From assembly GCA_964549525.1 (NCBI GenBank), contig CAZJUR010000003.1:2030-66029 (forward strand): a stretch of 64,000 nt of DNA. Direction: 5' to 3'. The stretch is from an uncultured Candidatus Saccharibacteria bacterium (lineage in GTDB: Bacteria; Patescibacteriota; Saccharimonadia; Saccharimonadales; Saccharimonadaceae). The notes under the pieces were generated by a model. The model did not search any database. It saw only the letters and a program-made list of their open reading frames with translations, and had not been told where the DNA came from. This document shows positions 41,386-49,745 of the stretch, piece after piece. The position numbers and the translations under genes are program-made. Position 1 is the stretch's first letter. Every line of letters starts with the position of its first letter.

Positions 41386-41389
41386 CTAA
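41336..41389. repeat. 54-bp direct repeat, copy B
   Basis: Identical to 41150-41203, offset by 186 bp. Confidence 0.9.
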
Positions 41390-41464
41390 TCTGTGAAAAG
41401 TATAACAAATCGCTGCTTGACGAGCAATCAATCACTTGGTACGATAGAAAAACATTAACAAATT

Positions 41465-41575
41465 AAATATCAAGAGGCAGGGAGAGGACTAGCTCGACGA
41501 TCTGCCAGCAACCAATCGTAGATTACGATCAGGTGCTCCAACTAGCCGCCTGCTTATCAGACGGAATGATGTGAA
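41465..41575 (+). promoter_or_regulatory. SAM-I (S-box) riboswitch aptamer
   Basis: AUAUCAAGAG-GCAG-GGAGAGGACUAGCUCGACGA-UCUGCC-AGCAACC-[AUCGUA-gau-UACGAU]-CAGGUGCUCCAACUAGC-[CCGCCUG-cuuau-CAGACGG]-AAUGAUGU matches the SAM-I consensus (CUUAUCAAGAG...GGGA.UGGCCCGAUGA...GGCAACC...GGUGC.AA.UCC.GC...AGAUGAG) with helices P1-P4 in order. Confidence 0.85.
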
Positions 41576-41584
41576 ACAACATTT

Positions 41585-41639
41585 CTCCTTTCCATGCAGC
41601 ATGAGCAAGCATAATTAACGAAAGGAGTTTTTTTATTTT
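41585..41639 (+). terminator. Riboswitch expression platform: terminator / SD-sequestering hairpin
   Basis: CTCCTTTC (41585-41592) pairs with GAAAGGAG (41620-41627), which is also the Shine-Dalgarno of the downstream gene. It is followed by TTTTTTTATTTT and ATG 41640. Confidence 0.7.
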
Positions 41640-42809
41640 ATGAAACAATCAAGGGGCTTTCATACAAAATTAGTGCACGCAGCTGAAGAGCCAGATCATG
41701 CCACTGGCGCAATCGCACCTATCCTGGTGAGATCGAAAACATTTGCCCAACCAGGTTTAGGCAAAACCCCAACTTGGCAGTATTCGCGTGGCAAAAATCC
41801 TACTAGGAGTATTCTAGAAAAAAAATTATCAATTCTCGCAGGCGGTGGACAGACAACTGTTTTTGGATCTGGTGATGCTGCGACCACAATGTTTTTATTG
41901 ACACTAAAACCCGGCGATCATATTTTGGCCTGTCAAGAATTATATGGTGGAACAGTGAGATTATTTGACCAATTGTTCGCGAAGTTTAAGATTTCGGTTA
42001 GTTATATCGACATAGAAGATGAAGCAGAAATCAAAAAAAATCGGACAAAAAATACGGTAGCTATCTGGGTAGAAAGTCCCACTAATCCCAAGCTCGGAGC
42101 CATCGATCTCCGACGTGTAGGCGTGCTTGCAAAAAAATATGCTTTACATTATGTAGCTGATCTTACCTTTGCACCGCCGTGTGCAGTCCAACCATTTGAC
42201 TACGGTGTTGATACGGTCATTTATAGTCTCAGTAAATATTTTGCTGGACATAACGATGTGATTGGGGGCGCAGTAGTAACAAAAGATAAAAAATTAAACG
42301 AACAACTCGAATGGCTGCAATGGTCAGTCGGTGCATGTCTTTCGCCCGACGAATGTTATCGAGTTATTCAAGGTTTGAAAACACTGAAGTTGCGATGGGA
42401 TCATGTCAGCCAAACTGCGGATCAGGTTGCTGCTTTTTTGAATAATCATAGCAAAGTTAAAGCCGTATACCATCCGACAATTACTGGACATGATTCTCGA
42501 GGCGTACTGGCTCGTCAGATGCATCAACGATATGGCAGCGTGATTGGTTTTGATCTGGTAACATCGGAGAAAGCAAAGCTTGTTCAATTTGTTGAGCAGT
42601 TAGTTCGCTTAAGAATTGTCATATATGGTGAAAGCTTGGCGAGTCCAGAAACAATTATTGCTCATCCGGCGAGCATGAGTCATCGCGGGATGACCGAAGC
42701 ACAACGTCGTGCACGAGGTATTACAAATAACTTTTTCCGTCTCAGTGTTGGGTTTGAGGATAGCCAGGATATCATTCAGGCGCTAGATGACGCTTTGAGT
42801 GCGATATAA
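41640..42809 (+). CDS. Cys/Met-metabolism PLP-dependent enzyme (cystathionine gamma-synthase / beta-lyase / O-acylhomoserine sulfhydrylase family)
   Basis: 389 aa with the PLP-lysine block YSLSKYFAGHNDVIGG and a C-terminal RLSVGFED block. Preceded by the SAM riboswitch. Confidence 0.88.
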   Translation: MKQSRGFHTKLVHAAEEPDHATGAIAPILVRSKTFAQPGLGKTPTWQYSRGKNPTRSILEKKLSILAGGGQTTVFGSGDAATTMFLLTLKPGDHILACQELYGGTVRLFDQLFAKFKISVSYIDIEDEAEIKKNRTKNTVAIWVESPTNPKLGAIDLRRVGVLAKKYALHYVADLTFAPPCAVQPFDYGVDTVIYSLSKYFAGHNDVIGGAVVTKDKKLNEQLEWLQWSVGACLSPDECYRVIQGLKTLKLRWDHVSQTADQVAAFLNNHSKVKAVYHPTITGHDSRGVLARQMHQRYGSVIGFDLVTSEKAKLVQFVEQLVRLRIVIYGESLASPETIIAHPASMSHRGMTEAQRRARGITNNFFRLSVGFEDSQDIIQALDDALSAI

Positions 42810-42817
42810 TAATATCT

Positions 42818-43366
42818 ATGATTACAATCGGCATTATTATTGGCTCTACGCGACCCGGCAGAGTAGCGCCTCAAGTTGCAAATTGGTTTTATAAAGAAGC
42901 TCGTCAATCTCAGGCAGCACATTTTGAACTCATCGATATTCGTGATTTTAATCTCCCGCTTCTCGATGAAGATAGGCCAGCTAAAGTCAGTAAAGAGCAT
43001 ACTAGAAAATGGAGCTTTACCATAGATCGATTGGATGGGTTTGTTTTCGTGACAGCCGAACACAACAATTCATTTCCAGCAAGTTTAAAAAATGCGATTG
43101 ACTATTTAAACAGTGAATGGAGCTATAAACCCGTAGCCTATGTCGCGTACGGTTTTGCACTGGGCCATCGTGCTGTCCAAGCGCTTCGTCCAATTGCCGC
43201 CCAATTTCACCAGTATGATTTACGTGAAACTGTTCATATCCAATTAGATGGAAGTGACACTGTGCCAATTTTAGATAAACATACCACACAAGCCAAAGAG
43301 GTGATTCAATCAATTGCCTTTTGGTCAGAACAGATGAAAGTCGCTCGACAAAAACTAGCATCATAG
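42818..43366 (+). CDS. NAD(P)H-dependent FMN reductase family flavoprotein
   Basis: IGIIIGSTRPGRVAPQVANW and FVFVTAEHNNSFPASLKNAIDY are typical of the FMN_red family. Confidence 0.85.
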   Translation: MITIGIIIGSTRPGRVAPQVANWFYKEARQSQAAHFELIDIRDFNLPLLDEDRPAKVSKEHTRKWSFTIDRLDGFVFVTAEHNNSFPASLKNAIDYLNSEWSYKPVAYVAYGFALGHRAVQALRPIAAQFHQYDLRETVHIQLDGSDTVPILDKHTTQAKEVIQSIAFWSEQMKVARQKLAS

Positions 43367-43405
43367 AAATTTTGTATTTTTAAGCGCAAGTAGTATGATA
43401 TACCT

Positions 43406-43957
43406 ATGAATAACGATCAATCACCCCAACCACAAAAACAAAGCATCTGGAGTAAACTTTTCGGTGGCAGTAAAAAACAAGATACTGCGCCGCAAACAGA
43501 TCAGTCACCTGCGACTCCGCCCACGCCACCACCCACCATCGAACCAACTGCGCCAGTTATTCCAGTAACTGACACGCCTGTAGCATCAACACCGATGCCC
43601 GATCCTACCACTGAACTTCCGCCTACGGATGCAAGCCCAAGCATGGAAAATGATTTTAGTATTCCTGCACCAGAAGAAGTCGTGACACCTACTGCTTCGC
43701 CTGCAGACACAGTGCAATCTACGGCGGTTCCACCTACTTCTCCAGATATAAATGTCAATGTTTCTGTGGAGCAACCACCATCATCTCCGCAAGCAAGTTC
43801 GACTGATATTCCACAACCTCCCGTTGACCCAATGGTTTCTCCCGCACCTTCTCCTTCTGTAGAATCCTCTTTTACTCCAAGTCAGTCAGCAGGGACAAAC
43901 GATACAGTTTCAACCGAAGACGATAAGAATACTCCACCAAATCTTACGGCAGTATAA
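43406..43957 (+). CDS. Hypothetical Pro/Thr/Ser-rich low-complexity protein
   Basis: 183 aa, mostly P/T/S/A/V, with no TM helix. TATGAT (43394-43399) ends 7 nt before the ATG. The antisense ORFs here are composition artefacts. Confidence 0.5.
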   Translation: MNNDQSPQPQKQSIWSKLFGGSKKQDTAPQTDQSPATPPTPPPTIEPTAPVIPVTDTPVASTPMPDPTTELPPTDASPSMENDFSIPAPEEVVTPTASPADTVQSTAVPPTSPDINVNVSVEQPPSSPQASSTDIPQPPVDPMVSPAPSPSVESSFTPSQSAGTNDTVSTEDDKNTPPNLTAV

Positions 43958-44091
43958 ATTTATATAACTTTTACTTATATCTGAGATTTTAAAAAGAGAT
44001 GTAATGTGTTGCAAAAAGCACAAGCTTTTTCATGATGAATATAAGATATACTAGAAGTACACCTTTAGCCATAAACGAAAGGAGTACTTCT

Positions 44092-44472
44092 ATGAAAATT
44101 GCAACTAAAACGCTTGTCACCTTGTTGATCGTAACGGTGGTGACATTATCGAGTAATAGCTTTGTGAGCGCTATGTCAGATACAGCGAGACGCTCTGAGC
44201 ATCGACTTATGCGTATTACTAAAAAACACGATCGTAAACTAGAACTTCAAGCCGAAATACTTGGTATATCGACCGAGCAATTACGTGAAGAACTAAAGAC
44301 CAGCACTTTTGACCAAGTGCTAAAAAAACACGGCTTTGCAGATAGAGATGCCTTTCGAACAGCCATGATAGGTAAAATTAAAGACGAGTTAAAAAAACGG
44401 GGCTGGTCAGATGAAAAAATGCAACGTGTCGTCGAAAAACGGCTCAAACGCCTCTATCATAAAAACGCCTAA
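44092..44472 (+). CDS. Hypothetical secreted/anchored helical protein
   Basis: Start set to ATG 44092 (MKIATKTLVTLLIV..., signal-like) after a GAAAGGAG Shine-Dalgarno at 44077-44084. The rest is Lys/Glu-rich. Confidence 0.55.
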   Translation: MKIATKTLVTLLIVTVVTLSSNSFVSAMSDTARRSEHRLMRITKKHDRKLELQAEILGISTEQLREELKTSTFDQVLKKHGFADRDAFRTAMIGKIKDELKKRGWSDEKMQRVVEKRLKRLYHKNA

Positions 44473-44945
44473 TGGACGCAGCAATCCGCATACTTGCCGA
44501 TGGCATGATGATACCGATCGTGGGTATCGGAGCTTATTTTTTGGTTACGAAAATCCCACATCAACAAAAGCTCTCCAGCTATTCTCGTATGATTATGGCA
44601 GGACTTACAGCACTACTGCTCGCTAAACTCATCGGTTCGATATGGCAACCGGATGCAGCACGTCCTTTCATAGAAATGGGTGTTGCGGCCAAAGCTGCCT
44701 ATCTAGACAACGCCGGATTTCCTTCAGATCATGTATTATTTGGGTCAGTAGTCGCTTTTGCGGTTTGGTTTGAAGCACGATACAAAAAAATAGCGCTACT
44801 ACTTTTTCTACTGGTAGGACTAGTCGCTGTTGGTCGCGTATTGGCGCTTGTCCACACACCGCTCGATTGTCTCGGGGGATTTATTTTCGCGGCCTTTGGC
44901 GCGTTGTGGTATCTGACTAAGCCAAGAGAAATAAAAAAAACATAG
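44472..44945 (+). CDS. PAP2-family membrane phosphatase
   Basis: PAP2 tripartite motif: DAARPF, PSDH and GRVLALVHTPLD (R-x5-H-x3-D). Confidence 0.75.
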   Translation: MDAAIRILADGMMIPIVGIGAYFLVTKIPHQQKLSSYSRMIMAGLTALLLAKLIGSIWQPDAARPFIEMGVAAKAAYLDNAGFPSDHVLFGSVVAFAVWFEARYKKIALLLFLLVGLVAVGRVLALVHTPLDCLGGFIFAAFGALWYLTKPREIKKT

Positions 44946-44971
44946 GTATTTTCTGTATCTCTATCACTTGA

Positions 44972-46048
44972 TTATAGATCGTTATTTTTTGGCTTATCAA
45001 GCACCAGTGCTTCAACACCTGGACTAGTGTTAGCTATTTTTACCACGTCTTTATCGATTTTACCGAGTTCTTTGTGGGCATTATTGTAATGATTCACCGT
45101 CGTGCCGAGACTATTGCCAAGTTTTTGCATATATTGATCATAGCTCGCAATGTGTTTCCCGAGCTGGCCGACTCGCAGCTGAATATCTTTGGCTTGTTCT
45201 TCAATTTGCAGACTGCGGAGTCCCTGTAAAACTGTTTGAAGATACGCCATAAAACTCGTAGGACTCGTGATAATCACTTTTTTCTCAACAAACGCGTATT
45301 CCATGAGATCACGGGCATTGGCACCGCTAGCCCCGACTTTATTGATGAGAAGATCATAGTAAATCGCTTCAGAAGGAATAAACATAAAAGCAAAATCCAT
45401 CGTTTTTTCTTGAGGTCGAATGTACTTAGCAGTTTCATCTATCCGTAGCTTGAGATCTTTTTTAAACTCCGCGACTAAGCGGGCTTTCATCGTTTTATCT
45501 TTTTCTTCAATGACACGATTATAATTTTCCAGTGAAAATTTCGAGTCAATCGGCAGAATCTTGCCTTTTTCCAGAAAGATCACCGCATCAACGGTCTCGC
45601 CATTTTTAAAGCTATATTGAGCCTGCCATCGATCAGGCGGTAAGACATTTTCCAGTACTTGTGTCAGATAATATTCGCCCAGCACCCCGCGTTGCTTGGG
45701 GTTAGCTAGGACATTTTGCAGTACTTTCAACTCGTCAGCCACATCCACCACACGGCGATTGGTTTCATCGAGCTTTGTCAGACGCGAGGTGACATCTGCC
45801 ACTAATTTTGCACTTTGGCTTAGTTGCCGCTGCATCGAAAGATTATTTTTTTCAAGTCCGCTACTAACTGTTTCCTGAATATTCGTACGGAGCTCGCCGA
45901 CGGTGCGGTTAAGCTCTGTAAGATCACTTTTTAATAGATCTACGGCGGTATTATTTTTAAGACTTGCAAGTCGTTGATTCATGATCACGATAGCTACCAA
46001 AGAAGCGACACAAATAGCAATCAATAAAACGATAAACATAAACTCCAT
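44972..46048 (-). CDS. rmuC: DNA recombination protein RmuC
   Basis: N-terminal TM segment, coiled coil, and the RmuC C-terminal block (FAFMFIPSEAIYYDLL...VIITSPTSFMAYL). Confidence 0.92.
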   Translation of the reverse strand: MEFMFIVLLIAICVASLVAIVIMNQRLASLKNNTAVDLLKSDLTELNRTVGELRTNIQETVSSGLEKNNLSMQRQLSQSAKLVADVTSRLTKLDETNRRVVDVADELKVLQNVLANPKQRGVLGEYYLTQVLENVLPPDRWQAQYSFKNGETVDAVIFLEKGKILPIDSKFSLENYNRVIEEKDKTMKARLVAEFKKDLKLRIDETAKYIRPQEKTMDFAFMFIPSEAIYYDLLINKVGASGANARDLMEYAFVEKKVIITSPTSFMAYLQTVLQGLRSLQIEEQAKDIQLRVGQLGKHIASYDQYMQKLGNSLGTTVNHYNNAHKELGKIDKDVVKIANTSPGVEALVLDKPKNNDL

Positions 46049-46055
46049 ATCGCTT

Positions 46056-46064
46056 AGTATAGCA
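46056..46064 (-). promoter_or_regulatory. Extended -10 (TGcTATACT) for rmuC
   Basis: The reverse complement reads TGCTATACT, with 7 nt between the hexamer and ATG 46048 and no SD. Confidence 0.45.
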
Positions 46065-46078
46065 AAAGAAAAGACAGA

Positions 46079-46552
46079 TTATCGACTGACTACAAAGAGG
46101 GCGATAGTGACGACCACAGTAAACACGAGGGAGAGCAAGAATGTATAGCTTCGAAGTAGCCACGAAAATGTCACATAGCCAATGATGTTAATAAATAGTA
46201 GTGACGCGAGTGCCCATGGCCAAGATAAACTTGGTAAAAACGTATCGTATAACGGCCAACTTCCTATCAGTAATGCTAATGCCACAAACAAGGGCCGATA
46301 AACAAATAATTTTACTAATCCAACTACGGCGATGATGCCGGTGATGATTGCCGCGATGTGATAAGAATACGTCGTACTTTGTGAACACACACTTTCACTG
46401 GCACTTCGACATAGCGCCGGGCCAATAATAAAACTACTCAGAAGCATAGATAGGCCATAGATCAAGAGAGCACCGATAACTCCTATACCTATAAGTCCGA
46501 CAACAGTTTGTCGATTAAATTCAGAAAAACTTGGTCCAGATGATTCGTTCAT
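46079..46552 (-). CDS. Hypothetical membrane protein (4-5 helices)
   Basis: 157 aa, hydrophobic. TATAAT-like elements lie within 20 nt upstream of ATG 46552. Confidence 0.5.
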   Translation of the reverse strand: MNESSGPSFSEFNRQTVVGLIGIGVIGALLIYGLSMLLSSFIIGPALCRSASESVCSQSTTYSYHIAAIITGIIAVVGLVKLFVYRPLFVALALLIGSWPLYDTFLPSLSWPWALASLLFINIIGYVTFSWLLRSYTFLLSLVFTVVVTIALFVVSR

Positions 46553-46615
46553 AACTTATTATATTCATTATACACTATTTGCTGATATTATGCAATAGTC
46601 ATCTTGTTAAATCCT

Positions 46616-46643
46616 TTGACATTTATTGGAGCTATAGTACAAT
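46616..46643 (+). promoter_or_regulatory. Sigma70-type promoter (TTGACA-16-TACAAT) of aquaporin gene
   Basis: TTGACA at 46616-46621, 16-nt spacer, TACAAT at 46638-46643. Confidence 0.55.
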
Positions 46644-46684
46644 AGGCGTATTAATATAATGTGATAAGGGGGAGTGACACCATT

Positions 46685-47485
46685 ATGGCAACCAAAAAAA
46701 GCAGTAATAAAAAAACTGTGGTGGTTAAAAAGTCAGTACGACCGAAAAAAGTAAAAACAACACGAACAGTTGGAGCGCGAAATTTCAGCATTCTAGCTGT
46801 TGATCATCCGTATAGAGCTCCATTTGGGGCGTTGGCTGCTGAGTTTATCGGTACGTTTGCGTTGACTGCAGCGGTAATTCAAACAAAAGGTAATCCAGTT
46901 TTGGTCCTTTTTGTATTAACAGCAATTGTCTTGATGGTGAATCGTCTATCTGGAGCGCATGTTAACCCTGCAATTACTTTTGGTGCTTGGCTAGCTGGGA
47001 AGGTGACATTACTTCGAGGATTCGGTTATATCGTTGCACAAGTACTCGGTGCGATTGTTGCGCTGCTTGTACTAGGAGCACTACTAGGTGGGGCGCCCGG
47101 TGAAGCCAACCCACTCACAGGACAAGCAGAAAAAGCCTCACTATTTACCGCATCTCCACTTACTAAAGATAAAGAAGTGTATGCATTTTGGGCTAATGCA
47201 CTTGGCCTTTCTATCTTTAGTTTCGCTGTCGCAAGTGCCTTCCGAAATCGTGGCGACCAATTTGCCACAGCATTTGCAGTAGGTGGAGGCTTCTTCGTGG
47301 CCCTTCTCGTTGCAGGAGCTGGAGCAATACTCAATCCGGCAGTGGCAGTAGGCCTTCAAGCGTTTAAAGATCTAAAGGGTGAGGCATTGAATTGGGCGCT
47401 GGCGGTTCATATCCTCGCTCCACTTCTTGGTGCAGCAGTCGGATTTATGCTTCATAAATTCGTCCAACCAAATACAGAAAAATAA
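46685..47485 (+). CDS. MIP-family channel (aquaporin/glycerol facilitator)
   Basis: Two NPA boxes (HVNPAITFG, ILNPAVAVG). Start set to ATG 46685 after an AAGGGGGAG Shine-Dalgarno. Confidence 0.92.
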   Translation: MATKKSSNKKTVVVKKSVRPKKVKTTRTVGARNFSILAVDHPYRAPFGALAAEFIGTFALTAAVIQTKGNPVLVLFVLTAIVLMVNRLSGAHVNPAITFGAWLAGKVTLLRGFGYIVAQVLGAIVALLVLGALLGGAPGEANPLTGQAEKASLFTASPLTKDKEVYAFWANALGLSIFSFAVASAFRNRGDQFATAFAVGGGFFVALLVAGAGAILNPAVAVGLQAFKDLKGEALNWALAVHILAPLLGAAVGFMLHKFVQPNTEK

Positions 47486-47504
47486 TATCCACAACTAACC
47501 AAGT

Positions 47505-47538
47505 AAATACACTCGTCTTATCGGCGAGTGTATTTTTA
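47505..47538 (+). terminator. Intrinsic terminator after aquaporin gene
   Basis: ATACACTCG-tcttatcgg-CGAGTGTAT followed by TTTT. Confidence 0.75.
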
Positions 47539-47556
47539 TGGTATGATAAAAAGGTT

Positions 47557-47778
47557 ATGGCTCTTCTACAAAATCGCAGCGACCAACGATCGCAACTTCA
47601 AGAAAAAATAGCCAAAGATTTAAAAGCTAAAATTTCTTCGGAGGAAACGACGTATGTTGTTCCAGAATCCACGCTTCTCGAAGATCAGCACACTACAAAT
47701 GCACGTAGCCTATTGTGGGTCGTCATTGTAGGACTTATTGTTATAAGTATTGGTATGTACATTTTTTTGAGTAAATAA
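47557..47778 (+). CDS. Hypothetical 73-aa C-terminally anchored protein
   Basis: One C-terminal TM helix (LLWVVIVGLIVISIGMYIFL). TGgTATGAT (47539-47547) ends 10 nt before the ATG. Confidence 0.45.
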   Translation: MALLQNRSDQRSQLQEKIAKDLKAKISSEETTYVVPESTLLEDQHTTNARSLLWVVIVGLIVISIGMYIFLSK

Positions 47779-47780
47779 TT

Positions 47781-48656
47781 ATGGCATCAACAGATCAATT
47801 TCCCCCACCACCCCCACCCTCATCTTCTTCAGAACCTTCTCTAAAGGAAGATATTTTCGTTATTAAACCACCTGAAAAAAAACCGCTCGATAGGAAATCA
47901 GTTACAATTACCTCTATTCTCGCTCTGATCGGTGTTATCGTCGGTATTATCTTATTTATATGTATACTAGTGTTTCTTGCGAACCAAAAAGCACAAGAAT
48001 ATAAAGTCCAAGCCTATAAAAATTTAAAAGCAGTTGATCGCTCACTTTATAGCATTGAACCGGGGGCCGTATTAAATAACCGCGAATTACCACCGTCATT
48101 TAAAACCCTCACGAATGCCAAACAGAGCCAACCAGAGCTTGTAAATGTCTTATTTGTGGAAAAGTTGAGCCAGGAGTATCAACAAACTGCGGCATTAGAA
48201 AAACAAATAATGAATCACTATGAAAAAATTGATACATATATACTTCATATTCAACAACTTCTTGCTTTTGATGCCACGCTTATAAATATCAAGCAGCAAG
48301 AAAAGGAATTGACGTCACGGGTTGCCACAGCAGATAGTCTCGCTTTGCGATCTGTGGCAGGCAGCCTCAAGGCTTATGCTCAAAAGATAACCACGCTGGA
48401 ATCGCCACCACAACTTACGGCTGTTCAAAGAAAAATCGGGCAGAGCTATCTAAAAAAAGCGTCATTGTACGAAGTATGGGCAACAGCCGTTGATACCAAT
48501 GACCAAGCGCAAATAGCTGCTACTGTGGGTTCTCTGAGTGAAAAGAAGCTTCAGGTAGAAAATATCGTGAACGACACGGTCTATCGACAAGCTTTTACTG
48601 AATCATATAAAGACTTACAGGAAACACATCGCGCGTTAGAGCGTCAGCTTTTGTAG
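47781..48656 (+). CDS. Hypothetical membrane-anchored protein with poly-Pro/Ser N-terminus
   Basis: 291 aa: PPPPPPSSSS, one TM helix, then a helical Gln/Lys-rich domain. Starts 3 nt after the previous stop. Confidence 0.6.
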   Translation: MASTDQFPPPPPPSSSSEPSLKEDIFVIKPPEKKPLDRKSVTITSILALIGVIVGIILFICILVFLANQKAQEYKVQAYKNLKAVDRSLYSIEPGAVLNNRELPPSFKTLTNAKQSQPELVNVLFVEKLSQEYQQTAALEKQIMNHYEKIDTYILHIQQLLAFDATLINIKQQEKELTSRVATADSLALRSVAGSLKAYAQKITTLESPPQLTAVQRKIGQSYLKKASLYEVWATAVDTNDQAQIAATVGSLSEKKLQVENIVNDTVYRQAFTESYKDLQETHRALERQLL

Positions 48657-48659
48657 TGT

Positions 48660-48688
48660 TTGATTGCTACTCTTGAGCGCGGTATACT
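48660..48688 (+). promoter_or_regulatory. Sigma70-type promoter (TTGATT-17-TATACT) of pheST
   Basis: TTGATT at 48660-48665, 17-nt spacer, TATACT at 48683-48688. ATG 48698 follows after 9 nt with no SD. Confidence 0.5.
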
Positions 48689-48697
48689 AGAAATAAT

Positions 48698-49744
48698 ATG
48701 AAAAATGATATCGCGGCTGTGCAGCAGTCGCTGGAAGCCAAGATTGCAACCCATGCTCATCCGCGAGAGGTATTAAAAGATCCTTCATTAAAGAAGCTGT
48801 ATAAGTCGTTAAAACAAGCGCCGGCGGATCAAAAAGCAGCACTTGGACTAGCACTCAATACCACCAGACAGCAGCTCGAATCATTAGTAAAAGATCGAGA
48901 AAGAGCGCTTAGTTCGCCTGAGAAGCCGCCGATTGATGTCACGGCACCATGTGATATTAATTCAGATATCCCTCATTTATTACCCAGCAGTCATGGGTCG
49001 CAACACCCTATATCTGGGGAGATTAATCGCTTGACCGATATCTTTTATCGGATGGGCTATGTGGTAGAGGAATCGCGCGAAATAGATGATCAGTACCACA
49101 TGTTTGAAACACTGAATTTTCCCAAAGGTCATCCAGCGCGCGACGATTATGACACGTTCATGACGGTAGAAAAAGATGCCGCTGGTCATCCGCTCATCGC
49201 CCCCGCTCATACGAGTACTATGCAAAATCGCGTCCTCAGAAAGTATCATAGTAACTTAGAGAACGACGAAGCGATTGCCGTCATTGTGCCAGATAGAGTC
49301 TTTCGTAATGAAGATTTGGATGCTCGCCATGAACATACATTTTATCAGATCGAAGGCGTCTATGTAGCGAAAGACGTGAATGTCGGAAATCTCATCGCTA
49401 CTTTACAAGAATTTTTACAAGAATATTACGGTCAACAGCTTGATGTTCGGGTTAATCCGTTTTATTTTCCATTTACCGAGCCAAGTTTCGAGTTTGCTCT
49501 TTCATGTCCCTTCTGTAACGGCAAAAAAAATGATTGTAAAGTCTGCTCAGGGGAAGGTTGGGTAGAACTACTCGGCTGCGGCATGATTCACCCTAATGTC
49601 CTTCAAGCCGCTGAAATTGACCCAAGCCAATATACCGGCTTTGCGTTCGGTTGCGGGATTGATCGACTAGTTATGATGAAATATCAGATCGAAGATATTC
49701 GCCATCTACACAGCGCAAAATTAGATTTTTTGAGGCAGTTTTAG
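48698..49744 (+). CDS. pheS: Phenylalanyl-tRNA synthetase alpha subunit
   Basis: Class II core blocks FRNEDLDARHEHTFYQIEG and GFAFGCGIDRLVM. Confidence 0.97.
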   Translation: MKNDIAAVQQSLEAKIATHAHPREVLKDPSLKKLYKSLKQAPADQKAALGLALNTTRQQLESLVKDRERALSSPEKPPIDVTAPCDINSDIPHLLPSSHGSQHPISGEINRLTDIFYRMGYVVEESREIDDQYHMFETLNFPKGHPARDDYDTFMTVEKDAAGHPLIAPAHTSTMQNRVLRKYHSNLENDEAIAVIVPDRVFRNEDLDARHEHTFYQIEGVYVAKDVNVGNLIATLQEFLQEYYGQQLDVRVNPFYFPFTEPSFEFALSCPFCNGKKNDCKVCSGEGWVELLGCGMIHPNVLQAAEIDPSQYTGFAFGCGIDRLVMMKYQIEDIRHLHSAKLDFLRQF

Positions 49745-49745
49745 T

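Noticed and set aside
41095-41466. Listed 123-aa plus-strand ORF
   Set aside because: It runs antisense across the intact tRNA-Gln, the truncated tRNA-Gln copy and the debris between them. Its internal repeat (GPEPTALPLGQSPL twice) is simply the translated 54-bp DNA repeat, so it is not a gene.
43501-43774. Antisense ORFs within the Pro/Thr-rich gene
   Set aside because: The compositional bias (CCN/ACN codons) keeps the opposite strand open by chance; the translations are Gly/Val/Ser runs.
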